Shown piece by piece: positions 42,268 through 58,442 of a stretch of DNA of 64,000 nucleotides (positions are counted from its first letter, which is position 1; each line of letters starts with the position of its first letter). This DNA comes from Eledone cirrhosa. Taxonomy: Eukaryota. The notes under the pieces were generated by a model. That model saw nothing but the letters and a program-made list of their open reading frames with translations, ran no database searches and was not told where the DNA came from. A program made the translations under genes and the position numbers. The stretch is from positions 15,500,001-15,564,000 of the forward strand of contig OZ024741.1 in the NCBI GenBank assembly GCA_964016885.1, in the 5' to 3' direction.

Positions 42268-44199
42268 TCTAATATATATTTGTGAAATGGGTGGTGGTTG
42301 AAATTCAGTTGTGCACGGTTAAATGGTAGTAAACGTGGTCGGGCGGACATGATAATTTACACACCTATGTAAAAAGTGCCAAGGAAGCAAATAGATAAGG
42401 TTTCAAATCTCTAACTTGAAAAATGTGGTCCCTAGGACCCCAAAACAGTCTATTTACTATCGCTTTCGGTGAGTTATTTCCCCCTGTTCTAATACGTGGA
42501 TGAGTTATTTTCCGTAGTCGCTTTCAATATTCATTGTCTTATTTACAATTTCATACAAATTTTTAAACTCATCAATTTTTTCATAACATATCAAACACAA
42601 CCTTTTTTTCGCTGTTAACATACAGTACCGTTTTATGAAATCGATTCTGCAGTACCATTTTACGAAATGCCAAACCAAATACAGTTGCTCTATATTAAAT
42701 TTAAATACTTCTATAACGATCATACAGTACCATTTTATGAAATCGATTCTGCAGTAGAATTTTACAAAATGCCAAACCGAAAAAGGTCACTGTTTTCTAA
42801 CAAAAGAAATATAACCCTTACATTGCGAACCCCATGTTCAAAAACTGGGGTTAGTTATTTCCCCCTCTTCTAATAAACGTCTAATATATAGAGGCCCCTT
42901 TTGCTGACCAGGGCAATCAAAGTGTAAGCTATCATACAAACCTTCATAATATGCATTTTTAAACTTGCATATCATCGACATTGCTATTTCGCTGTTAATA
43001 AACTATCACCTTCTACATTTACACACGTAATGGGTGGAGCGACAGTACTGATGGCTGGCGATTTTCGGCAGACACTTCCTGTAATCACTAGAGGCACTAG
43101 AGCTGACGAAGTTAACGCATGCATCAAGTCTTCCTACCTATGGCTGTATGTCCAGAAACTAAACCTGACTACTCACATGAAAGTGCATGTGCATGGCGAC
43201 GCAAAATCTGAGGATTTCTCAAAACAGATACTGGAAGTTGGTAATGGAACTACACCTGGAATCGATGAACAGCACATCCGTCTGCCGTTTGGAAACTTTG
43301 TATCAAGCATAGAGGAATTAATGTCATCTGTTTTCCCAGACCTCGAAGCACGATTCCTTGACCACAACTGGTTGCAAGGGAGAGCTATTTTAGCACCACA
43401 TAATGCCACCGTTGACGCAATGCATCAACACCTGCTTGATCAGATTCCAGGAGGTGAAGTCTCCTTCAAGTCAATTGACACCAACAAAAACGCGGACGAC
43501 CCCGTCAACTATCCGATTGAATTCCTCAACAGTCAACAACCTCCCGGACTTCCACCTCATGACCTTAGACTGAATGTTGGTGTTCCAGTTATGCTGCTAA
43601 GAAACGTGGAACCACCAGAACTATGCAACGGGACGCGTCTGATCATCAAAAAAATTGGGACACGAATTCTTACGACAAAAATTCTGAGCAGACCGTCTGC
43701 TGGCGGGACAAAGTTATTATCCCCCGTAAGCCTTAGTCCCTATGACGTCCCATTTGATTTTACGAGACGGCAGTTTCCCGTAAAACTCTGCTTTGCAATG
43801 AGTATCAACAAGGCACAGGGACAGTCGCTGCAAGTAGTTGGCCTAAATCTGACACAGCAGGTATTTACCCACGGTCAACTATACGTCGGGTGCTCACGCG
43901 TCAGCAGTCCACACAATCTCTACATCTGTGGTAATCCGGGTAATACCAGGAACGTTGTCTACAAAGAAGTACTGCAACAACACCTTTGAAGCTTCCGCCA
44001 TTCCTCTTCCGTCGCCACTCAACGTCTCTCAACGCTTTTCACGTCGCTCCACTTCTCATTGTACGCCGTCCAGCCCCAAGTGCATATTTATATTTTTTTT
44101 TTCCTGATACTGCTTTTTTATAATAAACTTTCAATAATATTTTTCAAATTATTAACTTAATAAAAAGTGGCCCCGGGTGAAACTGGGCTCAGCTGCTAG
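42268..44199 (+). mobile_element. Internally deleted Helitron
   Basis: A|TCTAATATATA 5' end at 42268 (a second TCTAATATATA at 42880); GC hairpin at ~44172-44187; CTAG|T end at 44196-44200; helicase fragment inside. Confidence 0.8.
43030..43989 (+). CDS. Helitron PIF1-family helicase, C-terminal half
   Basis: GDFRQTLPV, RAILAP, LPPHDL, LCNGTRL, RQFPVKLCFAMSINKAQGQSL, HGQLYVGCSRV; Walker A/B and Rep domain absent. Confidence 0.92.
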   Translation: MGGATVLMAGDFRQTLPVITRGTRADEVNACIKSSYLWLYVQKLNLTTHMKVHVHGDAKSEDFSKQILEVGNGTTPGIDEQHIRLPFGNFVSSIEELMSSVFPDLEARFLDHNWLQGRAILAPHNATVDAMHQHLLDQIPGGEVSFKSIDTNKNADDPVNYPIEFLNSQQPPGLPPHDLRLNVGVPVMLLRNVEPPELCNGTRLIIKKIGTRILTTKILSRPSAGGTKLLSPVSLSPYDVPFDFTRRQFPVKLCFAMSINKAQGQSLQVVGLNLTQQVFTHGQLYVGCSRVSSPHNLYICGNPGNTRNVVYKEVLQQHL

Positions 44200-44409
44200 T
44201 TACTATATAAAATTAAATCACTTCAAACATTCCCTGTTTGAGCAGTTACAACCAACATTTAATTAAGTCTTTTCTAGCCTTCCATAATTGGACGTATACT
44301 ACGGACAATTAAATTCTCTCAATCCTTACATAGTTGATAAATAAATACACGTATTTAATTAAACCCCTTCTAACCGTTCATATTTGAGCAATTTTTACGA
44401 GTATTTAAT

Positions 44410-44630
44410 TAAATAACTTCTAATAATTGTTTCTACTTTAGGCACAAGGCCAGCAATTACCCAGTGCATTACTGGTACTTTACTTTATCGACCCCGTAAG
44501 GATGAAAGGCAAAGTCAACCTCGGCGGGATTTGAACTCAGATCGTAAAGGAACGTAACTATGCTGGAAAGCATGGCGTCCGACCCTCTACCGATACTGCC
44601 AATCCACCGCCCTAAATAACTTCTAATAAT
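44410..44630 (-). mobile_element. Full-length SINE with 18-bp TSD inside a decayed ~62-bp tandem array (44200-44930)
   Basis: TAAATAACTTCTAATAAT at 44410-44427 and 44613-44630; flanks repeat ATTTAATTAAA..CTTCTAGCCTTCCATAGTTG. Confidence 0.88.
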
Positions 44631-44979
44631 GATTGAGTAATTACGAGGAAAATTTAGTTAAACCTCTTCTAGCATTCCATAGTTGATGAACTTCTACGAA
44701 CATTTAATTAAATCCCTTCTCGCCTCCCACAATTACGCAAATATTACGTACATTTAGTATAAATCACTTTCAGACTTCCATAGTTGTGCACCAGGGAACA
44801 TTTAATTAAAACCCTTCTCTCCACCCACAATTTGGCGAATACTACATGTATTTAGTTAAATCACTTTTAGCCTTCCATAGTTGCGCAGGTGCTACGATCA
44901 TTCCACTGAATTCTGTCTAACGAATTTACTACGAATATTTGAGAGTCATGGATCCAATTGAAATCATATGGGATCTTAA

Positions 44980-45045
<66 letters not shown>

Positions 45046-45148
45046 GGAGGGAGGTGGTGTAGGATAGAAGGTGATAGCAGTGAAGTGCTGTGGGTTTGGG
45101 GGTAGATTAATATGAGCTAATGTATGTGTGTGTATAGACATACATACA

Positions 45149-45224
<76 letters not shown>

Positions 45225-45504
45225 TAGATAAATATACACGGGTGTGTATGATTGTGTATAGAAGATTATATTAATAAGAGGAATTCCAACTTTGTCTGAT
45301 TTACTCGTTTTATTTACAATCCTTTAACATTTATAATGGTATTATAATGAAATAGTATGATAGAATATTAAATTCTAAGTGTTAATTGAACAAGTACTTT
45401 CATGCAAAGTTGGAATTCCTCTTATTAATATATTAATATATATATATATATATACATATTTTAGATTACTTAAGAGATATATTACAGATTACTTAAGAGA
45501 TATT

Positions 45505-45566
<62 letters not shown>

Positions 45567-45764
45567 TATATATATGCAAAAGTTATATTTAATTTCTTGG
45601 GATTCAACAAGCTTAAAAGTGTTATAACTGATATAAAGCACTCAACAATTTACTGGAGTAAATATTCAATATATTCATAAATGGAAACTATATTTATAAA
45701 ACCATAATTATATTATTATATATATTTCAAGGGCAACCATATATATATATATATATATTTAAAA

Positions 45765-47460
45765 GAATAGAGGTGTAACACACGAGTTATGATATATTGG
45801 TAAAAGAAAAAGAAAATGCTGACAAATTGTTCCCAGTGAAAAATAGTTTAATTAGGAATAAGTAAAAATGAGTAATAGTATTGGTTAGTAATAGGTTAGT
45901 AATAGTATTGGTTAGTCCTGATATCACTGCTCTACACCAACACCAAAGCCCAAGTCATTACACCTGATGGGATGACAGAGTTCTTTGAGATACTGGCTGG
46001 AGTGCTCCAGGGAGATACATTGGCTCCCTACCTTTTTATCATCGTAGTGGACTATTGTATGCGCCTTGCACTGGAGAAACACCAGGACTCTGGCTTTACT
46101 GTGGCACCGGCTCAGAGCAGGAGAGTTAGGGCGAAAAAGGTATCGGATGCTGAATTTGCCGACGACATAGTTTTGGTGACAAATACAGTGAAGGAGGCAG
46201 AGGATTTGATGCGGGAGGTTGAGACTGTGTCGATGAGTGTGTGGCTGAGAATGAATGAGACTAAAACAAAATATCTGGTAGAGAATGTTGAGAAGCCAGA
46301 GGGGATCACTAATGTAGGCGGGAAGCCGCTAGAATTGGTTGAGGGCTTCCTGTATTTGGGAGCAAAGATTGGGAATACAGAAGATGATGTGGTTGAGAGG
46401 AAGAGCAAGGCCTGGGCGGCGTGCCACAGCTTGAGATCGGTGTGGAAGTCGGACCTTCGTAGAGACCTGAAAATCCGCCTCTTCATTGCTGTAGTGGAGT
46501 CTGTGCTGCTGTATGGGTCTGAGAATTGGACACTGACCAAGAAACTCACTCAGATGGTGGATGGGTGCTACACGAGAATGCTGAGAATGGCTCTGAACAT
46601 TAATCAGTATACACTGAGGATGAAAAACTCAGAGCTGTATGGGAGCATCCCAAAAGTCAGCTCAAAAGTGACACAGAGGAGACTGAGGTTAGCTGGACAT
46701 GCTCACCGACATCCAGAGTTGACATTGCACTCAGTACTCCTTTGGGAGCCCCTACATGGACACACTAGAAGAGGAAGACCAAGGTTAACGTATGTTGATG
46801 CCCTAAGGAAAGACACTGGTCTATTGGAGACGCAGGACATGGCAGCGATAATGAGGGACAGAGACCGCTGGAGAGAACTCGTCCATGGATTTCGGGAATT
46901 TTACCCGCCTTAGAATAGAAATAGAAAAAAATTGGTTAGTATTCAGTTTTGGTTTTAAGTTTTACCGGTTGCGCATTTCTAATGCTTTTCAAAAATAATT
47001 TTGAGATAGAGCGCCCGTGATGTTTACTCTAATCTGATTAGTTTTGGAAATTCTACCTGTTTTATGTAAAAAAAAGTGGCTCCAGATGTATGAAAAAATT
47101 CTTGTGGTCAAAACAATTTTGATTAGTCGGTAGAGGTCATGTGAATGTTAAAAATTGATTTTGCGCCAAATGTAGGTTTGTCTCGGCTGATTGAGAAGTC
47201 ACTGAAAAATAAGTCTTTCAAGACAAATATGTGTGTGTGTGTGTAGTAGTAAAGAGGTTCGTTGTTGTGATAATGGTCAGCAGGGATGTGTGTGCGAACC
47301 GCAGCCTGTTGACAGTTCAAATGCCTATTAAGACAAGTGTGTGTGTGTGTGTTGCAGAGTAATTCGTGGTAGAGGGATGGTCAGTAGGAATGTGTCTGTA
47401 CGTGTGTGGGGATATTTTAACATGTTAAAATATATTTTTCAGCTCTTGTCTTATACGGTG

Positions 47461-47529
<69 letters not shown>

Positions 47530-47583
47530 TCTTCGTATGTTAATGTACGCGTGTGTATGTGTGTGTGTATATATGTGTGTGTG

Positions 47584-47665
<82 letters not shown>

Positions 47666-48564
47666 AATGTGTGTGTGGGTGGACCAGTATTTTTGTGATA
47701 CTGGTAAAAATGGTGTACATTATTCGATATTTTCAGTAAAAACGATTCTCTCAATAGAACATCAAAAACCTTAATAATAAAAGGTGTGAAATGATATATA
47801 GTATTGGCATAACACCAAGGTGTGTGTGAGTGTCCAGATTGTACGTACTGCAAGGGGAATCCATTAGGCCTTGCCGTATTGGAATACTTGTGTACAAATA
47901 TGTATGTGCCCATCAGTGTGCAATGCATGTGTGCGTATATGTATGTGTGTGTGTCGGCACGTTTATATCTATAGACATCAAAAGGTATGCAAATTTGTGT
48001 ATATTTGTGTTGCACCATAGAACAGGTGTGTTTACGTATGTCATTGTGTTTATATGTAGATAGAGATGTATGTAGGATGTATGTTGATGTAGGTATGTAT
48101 GTTGACGTGTGTATGTTGTGGGTTCGTCTTAGGCAGAAGTGTTTAGACGGGGTCCGTATTTGTTAATAGAGTGAGATTCCTTGCTGATGCGCTGGGTGTG
48201 GGTGGCATTATCTTTAAATTTGTAGAGGGGAAAGATTCTGAAGTTGGGATGATTTTGGGCGGCACAGGTATCAATGTGTTCACTCAGTGGTATTATAATA
48301 TTGTTTTGACCACAAGAATTTTTTCAGACATCTGAAGCCACTTTTTTCACATAAAACAGGTAGAATTTCCAAAACTAATCAGATTAGAGCAAACATCACG
48401 GGCGCTCTATTTCAAAATTATTTTTGAAAAGCATTAGAAATGTGCAACCGGTAAAACTTAAAACTAAAACTGAATACTAATCAATACTATTACTAATTTT
48501 TACTTATTCCTAATTAAACTATTTTTCACTGGGAACAATTTGTCAGCATTTTCTTTTCCTTTTA

Positions 48565-48570
<6 letters not shown>
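45765..48570 (-). mobile_element. 5'-truncated Penelope-like element with inverted terminal repeat
   Basis: Minus 48290-48128 reads IPLSEHIDTCAAQNHPNFRIFPLYKFKDNATHTQRISKESHSINKYGPRLN* (GIY-YIG C-terminus); terminal repeat 47120-45790 (interrupted by an RTE) is inverted at 48300-48570. Confidence 0.8.
45917..46930 (+). mobile_element. 5'-truncated RTE LINE with 10-bp TSD
   Basis: ORF 45972-46913 (GVLQGDTLAP, FADD, YLG, LLYGSE.W, RRLRLAGH); tail TAGAATAGAAATAGAAAAAA; ATTGGTTAGT at 45907-45916 and 46931-46940. Confidence 0.92.
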
Positions 48571-48626
<56 letters not shown>

Positions 48627-48636
48627 CATATATATG

Positions 48637-48670
<34 letters not shown>

Positions 48671-48694
48671 CATATATATGTATATATATACATA

Positions 48695-48780
<86 letters not shown>

Positions 48781-48795
48781 CATATATATATATAC

Positions 48796-50836
<2,041 letters not shown>

Positions 50837-51012
50837 CATCCATATATATATATATATATATATATTGAGTATATGTTGGTTGTTTACCGACAACTAGTAT
50901 GCAGGTTGGAGCACTCGACGGTGTGCGCAGGTTGGTTTGGTTACTCCGGAGTAATGAAAAATTAAATAATTAAGTCAAATATTTAAAATTTGGCTTCGTT
51001 TATTAAAGGTGT

Positions 51013-51067
51013 AGTGCTATATATATTTCGGTGACAGCCATCCTTGGCTGGGACCTCTTCAGGCAGT
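51013..51067 (-). ncRNA. Minimal type I hammerhead ribozyme
   Basis: Minus: actgc CTGAAGA ggt cc cagcca-agga-tggctg tc acc GAAA tatata TA gcact. Confidence 0.83.
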
Positions 51068-51698
51068 CCGAATTTGTGTGGTAGAGACAGGTACACATGT
51101 TGTTAAAGTGTTTAACTCCGTCAATACTCCGATATTCTTTTATTATCTTATTCTTTTTACTATTTTATTATTTTTTTGTTTATTTATTTATTTTTTCTTC
51201 ATTTTATTGCCTTATATTCTTTAATTTCTCCATTTTACTTTCTCTTATTTCTTCATCTGTTTGGTACACACACCCCACCACCACCACCACCACCACCACC
51301 ACCACCACCACGAGAAATGGTGGTAGGATGGATGCCAACACACACACAAATTCTTTTAAAAATGGCAGTAGCCGAACTAAAGCTGACCTGGCTAATGACC
51401 CCCAACACCAACACCACTACCAACACAAGGGAGGGGGTCAGCTGTACTTAACAAAAACAACCACAACAGATGGCCTTGCCTCAGAAAAAATTTCTATAGA
51501 CTTTTGACTGAGGAATGTTCTCACAACTGACCAATGGGAGGAGAGAGTGTCCTTTGACGCCGAAATTCGTTTGTTCGAATTCATATGATTCCAGTTCCTC
51601 AGAGAAATAACAACCCAACCAAGAACTGGACATATCGGAGTATTGACGGAGTTAAACACTTTAACAACATGTGTACCGTCTCTACCACACCAATTCGG

Positions 51699-51753
51699 AC
51701 TGCCTGAAGAGGTCGCAGCCAAGGATGGTTGTCACCGAAATATATATAGCAGT
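51699..51753 (+). ncRNA. Minimal type I hammerhead ribozyme
   Basis: actgc CTGAAGA ggtcgcagcca-agga-tggttgtcacc GAAA tatata TA gcagt; palindromic helix III ATATATAT; predicted cut after 51748. Confidence 0.88.
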
Positions 51754-51802
51754 AGATCTTTAATAAACGAAGCCAAATTTTAAATATTTGACTTAATTAT
51801 TT

Positions 51803-51870
<68 letters not shown>

Positions 51871-52253
51871 GTGTGTACACCAATTGAAAATATACGGAGT
51901 TTCACGTGTTTTTCTCGGGCAATTTTTAAAAATAAATGTCCCTGTGGTGTGTACATTTGATGGTAGAGACCTTCAATAATGCACAGATCCACATCTGGCT
52001 ATAACCCAGGATTTTAGGGTAGATTTCTCCAACACTATTTTTGTCCTATAAATTTTAATTATTTGCATAAGGTCATCAGTTCTGGAATAACAGGAAATTC
52101 GATTATATCGATACCAAGACTTAACAGGCACTTTACTTTATTTTATCGATCTCGGAAGGATAAACGGTAAATTTGATAGGCGTGGGATTTGAACTCAGAA
52201 AGTAAAAAGCCGGAACAAAACCTACATAAAGTTTTCCGATGTTCTAACGTATC

Positions 52254-52713
52254 CAGGGCCATTATTTAGACCTTGCTGGGCCCGAGTCACTTCAGGTTTG
52301 GGGGACCCCTCTGACAAAAAAAAAAATACGATACTCAACAAATCCTCAATTTTACATCTCAAAGTTAGTTTGGTGCAAATAATTGGAATTGAAAAGTTAT
52401 ACATACAGGTATTAAATACAAAACATGTAACCATCCTAATGTTACATCCACGTCCTACACTGGCATAGGTTGGACAGGTTGTCACACTCAGAGACCAGAC
52501 ATTTAATCAATTTTGCCACAGTAAGGACATTAAATACTTTTTGTTAAAAATATAGTCCTTGTCAAAGAGATAAAACTAAAAAGCCGAACAGAGGGCAGAA
52601 ATAAATTGCTACGGACGTTGTTGTCCCTCCCCCCTCCACACACACACACCAACCACACCCACTACAGGGTGTGGCACAATTTCCCCCTTCGCTTCCCATT
52701 AAATCCAGCCCTG
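52254..52713. mobile_element. Possible hAT-type MITE
   Basis: Imperfect TIRs CAGGGCCATTATTTA / TTAAATCCAGCCCTG; flanking 8-mers AACGTATC and AAACTATC match at 6 of 8. Confidence 0.5.
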
Positions 52714-53115
52714 AAACTATCTCTCAATTGAAGAGGAAAATATTACAGTGCTTTACGAATTCTATACCTTGACTACAATAACTAAAATTTCTTAAATAGG
52801 AAACACACCAGGTCTGTCTGCTCGCAGTACATTTCAGCCATTTATTATCTAAAATCATACCTCTGTCATATAATTTCGAAATGCAAACTAGATAAATGTA
52901 TATATCTACAGTAGGTGTAGAGTTGTCTCCCCATAATAGGACCTCAAATACATATATACTCATATATACATACATACACACATGTATATATATACACGCA
53001 TATATATATGTATACATATATACAAACACTCACGTATATATATATATACTTCTACCTAACTCGTCCCTCGGACTGAGTGCTCTACCACTACGGATATTAC
53101 CTTCCAGTGTTCCAC

Positions 53116-53219
<104 letters not shown>

Positions 53220-53435
53220 ATAATAATAAATGCGAAGACTAAAATCCAAAGAGGGCTCGATAAGGATGAATATATATCAAATATATAAGAACCGTAGAGC
53301 AAATACTTATTAAAATAACAGATTAAAGTTTAAGCAAAAAATCGCTGCTTTCACCCTTAACGGGTTCTTCAGAAGATCCCGTTAAGGGAGAAAGCAGCAA
53401 TTCTTTGCTTAAACTTTAATCTGTTATTTTAATAA

Positions 53436-53527
<92 letters not shown>

Positions 53528-54197
53528 GTATATACATATATACATATATACATATATATATGTGTGTGTATATAACGATCTTCTCCGATAGACGTAAGTG
53601 CAGCATACACACACACAACATACAGAACTGTGTCTACTCAACTTCTACCGACCTACTAGAGTTCCAGTTGTTTGGCCAATGGAAAAATATGGTTCTAACA
53701 TTTACATTGTAGGTGCTAAGATCTCCACAGATCCGTGTATTCATAACCTAACTCTGTGGAAAATTCAACGTGACACTATGCATGACGAGGCTGGCCATTT
53801 AAATTACAGGTACAACACGTTTTTTTCTAGTTGAGTAGACTGGAACAACGTGAAATAAAGTGACTTGCTAAAGGACACAATGCGCCGCCGGGAATCGAAC
53901 TCACGACATTACGATCGTGAGCCGAATACCCTAACCACAAAGCCTCGCACCTTCACGGGTTGGGGACGCGAAACTCTATACCACTTACAGTTTATGTATG
54001 TACATTTAACAAACAAAGATACGGGAAGTTATATAATTATTCAGTGTTGTGGTCACTGAAACATACAACATGGATACAAGCTGAACTTACGACCTTATGG
54101 TCGGGAGTAACACACGCTAACCACTGGACCAAGCACGTTTACAAAGACATATTTTCATTCATTTTATTTGGACTATCAGTTGGAACCTGTGTTAATG

Positions 54198-55645
54198 TAA
54201 TTGTTTCTACTTTTGGCACAAGGCCAGCAATTATCCCAGTGTATTACTGGTTCTTTATTTTTCGACTCCGTAAGGATGAAAGGCAAAGTTAACCTCGGAG
54301 GGCTTTGAACTCAGACCATAAAGGGCCGTAACTCTTTGTTGCAAAGCATGGCGTCTGACCCTCTACCGATACTGCTAATCCACCGCCCTCATTTCACATA
54401 TATATAATGTGACGTAAATCCCCCTTAATACGTAACGAAGTCGTACAGGGTACCCTTAAAAGACAGCGTGTTTCATGGGTACTTTGGTGGAGCCAAACCC
54501 ACTCTAGGTCAGAAAACAGCCAATGTTTGCCAGTGAGTGAAAGAGTGAGGGGAAGAATCCAACTCAGTAATGCGTTGGTACTTTAGTTATCGTCCTTGAA
54601 AGGGTGAAAGGTAAAGTTGTGATTTGCACTCAGAGCATAGTGGGTCGTAACAAATACCGAAGTATTTTTAATCCGATACCCTAATGACTCTGACAAAACC
54701 CTCCCACTTCAAATAGATATTATAATTGTTTCTACTTTTGGCACAAGCCCAGCTATTACCAGTACATTACTGGTACTTTATTTTATCGAAGGATGAAAGG
54801 CGAAGTTAACCTCGGCGGGATTTGACCTCAGATCATAAAGGAACGTATGCTACAAAACATGGTGTCCGACTCTCTACCGATACTGCCAATCCACCGCCTT
54901 ATATATATATTATTAAATATATTTTATAATGATATATAAACTGTTATAAATACACACATATACACTCGCAAACATATATATTATTAAATATATATTATAT
55001 ATATTATTAAATATCTAAACTATAATAAAGTAAGGAGTGCGGGACAGCGTCCAGAATATATTTTGTTATCCCGTTTGTAAAATAAGTTGGATTACTTTTA
55101 ATAAATAATGAATTAATATTACATAATTTCGATATTCTTGATTAAATATAAATAATATTGTTGGTTATTTTAAGATTCACTTCTTTAAAATTTTCAAATG
55201 TCAACATTTCCGGTTAGTTATCGCTTAAATAAACATTCATATATTTCCGTCACTAATATTCTCCTAATACAGTTTATATATAATATCGTCTATTTTTAAT
55301 GTGTCATGGATTACGTTACTGATTACATAAGACAGTGTAACGCAGTCTTTGTTCAATTTCTGTGGATATTGTCAATTACGATGTTATTTGATATATCATA
55401 TCTACATGTATATATACTTGCGTATAATATCAATATACACACTACACATGCTAGCAGAACACCACCCGAGGGTGGTTTTTCTGCTAGTATATTATAATGT
55501 TTCTACTTTTGGCACAAGGCCAGCAATTACCCAGTGTATTACTGGTACTTTATTTTATCGAACCTGTAAGGATGAAAGGCAAAGTTAACCTCGACGGGAT
55601 TTGAACTCAGACCGTAAAGGGACGTAACTATGCTGGAAAGCATTT
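54198..55645 (-). mobile_element. Cluster of Deu/Nin-type SINEs
   Basis: Copies at ~54198-54390, 54550-54700 (old), 54724-54900 and 55497-55645. Confidence 0.82.
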
Positions 55646-56495
55646 ATATAGTGTTATAAATACTCACATATACACTCGCAAACATCTACACCCGCAATTG
55701 CACTTAAAAACACGAAAAACTACAAACACAGTAAATCACAGATGCACAAAGGCAAACAACACACACACTTAAATAGACATAGACATACATACACATATAT
55801 ATGTGTGTGTATGTGTGTGTGCATATATGTATGTGTGTGTTCATTAGTCAGCTCCACTTTATCAGTTGTTGATAAAAGATTACACCATTAAATAGAGACA
55901 GCAAATATTCACTTCCGCCTTTGGTAGTGGTGGTGGTGGTGGTGTGGGGGTAGTGTGGCGGGTAGTGGTGGTGATGGTGATGGTGGTAGTGGTGGTTGCT
56001 GTTGTGTTAGTGATGGTGGTAGCGAGAGTGGTGGCGATGGTGAGAGTGATAAAGGTGGCGTTTGGCATTGCTGTTGTTGTTGATAGTGGTGGAGGTGGTG
56101 GTTGCGAGGATGATGGCGTGATGGTGGTGGTAGTTGTGGTGGTGTGGTGGGTGTTCTGGTGGTGTTTGTGGTGGTGGTGGTGATGGAGGCTATACTGGCG
56201 TTGTTGTTTCAGTTGTTGCATTTGGTGCAGTTGTTGTTATTGTTGTTCTTAAACGTGATATTGTTGTTGCTGTGTATACTGTTGTGGTTGTTGTTGTTGT
56301 TGATGACGATGATGATGATGATGATATTGAACGTGCTGTTGTTTTCATTGACATGTTGTTCTTGTAACTGTTGTTGCTGCTATTGGTGTTGTGTTGTCGT
56401 TGTTGTTGCTGTTGTTGTTGTTGTTGTTGCTGTTGTTGTTGTCATCGTTCTTTTTGCTATTGTTGTTGTTGTTGTTGCTGTTGTTGCTGTTGTCG

Positions 56496-56529
<34 letters not shown>

Positions 56530-57795
56530 AAATATTCCTACAGCATGTCCAATTACCTTATCACTATAAAGACCACCCAAACTAACAACATGCTTCGTCG
56601 AAAATGCATAAAGTAATTGAACGTTCACTCCTTCACTTTTTTCACTCACTCTCCTCCTCCTCCTCCTTCTTCTCCCCCACCACCACCTCCTCCTATTCTG
56701 CCTCTTCTTCCTCTTCATCCCCTTCTTCTCCTCTTCCACCTATTCCTCTTCCTCCTCTTCCTCCTCTTCCTCCACCTCCTTCTCCCTCACTTCCCCCTCC
56801 TTCCTCTTCAATTCTTCTGCTTCCTCTTCATGTTCTCCTACTCACCCTTTTTCGTCTTCCCCTACCGTCCAACTGACCAACTCCAACATACCAACTAAAC
56901 TACACTACACTTTATCTACGTAAACAACACTGTTATTGCTCCAGTCCTCAAAACACTTCGCAAACACCCGATACCTAACGCCAGCATGCACTCATGATTT
57001 CTGCTAAATCAAACTGTGACCCACTCTCCGAATTCGGCGAACCGAAAGTGGAGCACCCATCCTCCCAAACTCAACATGTGTAACCGGACCACAACAGCCA
57101 CACCAAATGGGAAGACGGACGTTATCAAGCTAAAGCTGTCATATTACATAGTTTCTATATAATAAAGCTTTTATTTGCTACTACTATATATATATGGGGG
57201 AGTATATGGGTGGGGAGATATATGTGTGGACGAGTATGGGTGCGTATGTATCTGTGAGTGTGTGTGTTTGGGTGTGAGAGTATGTGTGTGTTTGTGTGTG
57301 ATGTGTGTATGTATACACAAGAGCGAATACTCCGTGAAAATGATGGTTTCACCGAAATATTAAAGGTCAATGTATTTCGGCTCTCAGCACGTCAGGTGAT
57401 TCTTCGTGGTATTGGAATATTCCTTTGGTTTGGTTAGAGAACTATACTGTTGCAACAATATCTGATATGAAATGTGAAGAAGATGGTACAGAGCAAAATA
57501 AGAATTATGAAACAAAACAACAGAGATTAAGTTAAATCATTTAATTTCATACAAACGTTTCAGTGGTGATACCGACACTCGTGTATTTAATACCTGCCAT
57601 TGTGATATAATATGACATGTGACTGAGATCAGATACATACTCTTCCTCGGGGAAATGTCACAAATTATTTTAGTAATAGCAACAAGACCGTTATATAAAC
57701 TATCCCGGTCTGTTTGGGATATATAATCATAAAAGTAACGCGGCAATAACTCAAATGATACAAACTGCTATGTAAAAAAAGAAACATAAACTTTC

Positions 57796-58442
57796 ATTTT
57801 GTTATCTGTTATATATAAATATATTATGTCAACTATATTTTACAGAAGTTATACAATGGTAGAAATATTTTGTTATCTGCTATATATAAATATATTATGT
57901 CAACTATATTTTACAGAAGTTATACAATGGTAGAAATATTTTGTGATCTGCTATATATAAATATATTATGTCAACTATATTTTACAGAAGTTATACAATG
58001 GTAGAAATATTTTGTTATCTGCTATATATAAATATATTATGTCAACTATATTTTACAGAAGTTATACAATGGTAGAAATATTTTGTTATCTGCTATATAT
58101 AAATATATTATGTCAACTATATTTTACAGAAGTTATACAATGGTAGAAATATTTTGTTATCTGTTATATATAAATATATTATGTCAACTATATTTTACAG
58201 AAGTTATACAATGGTGGAAATATTTTGTTATCTGTTATATATAAATATATTATGTCAACTATATTTTACAGAAGTTATACAATGGTGGAAATATTTTGTT
58301 ATCTGTTATATATAAATATATTATGTCAACTATATTTTACAGAAGTTATACAATGGTAGAAATATTTTGTTATCTGTTATATATAAATATATTATGTCAA
58401 CTATATTTTACAGTCAGAAGTTATACAATGGTGGAAATATTT
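57796..58442. repeat. 71-bp AT-rich tandem repeat, ~9 near-identical copies
   Basis: GTTATCTG(T/C)TATATATAAATATATTATGTCAACTATATTTTACAGAAGTTATACAATGGT(A/G)GAAATATTTT at 57801, 57872, 57943 and onward. Confidence 0.95.

Larger units (their letters stand above)
50865..51807 (+). mobile_element. PLE remnant with inverted terminal repeats, each carrying a hammerhead
   Basis: 50954-51134 is inverted at 51635-51807; internal HTNSFKNG...DLAN resembles a decayed GIY-YIG segment; (TA)n flanks. Confidence 0.78.

Noticed and set aside
57330-57365. Hairpin followed by CCGAAATATT
   Set aside because: No CUGANGA half and no helix I.
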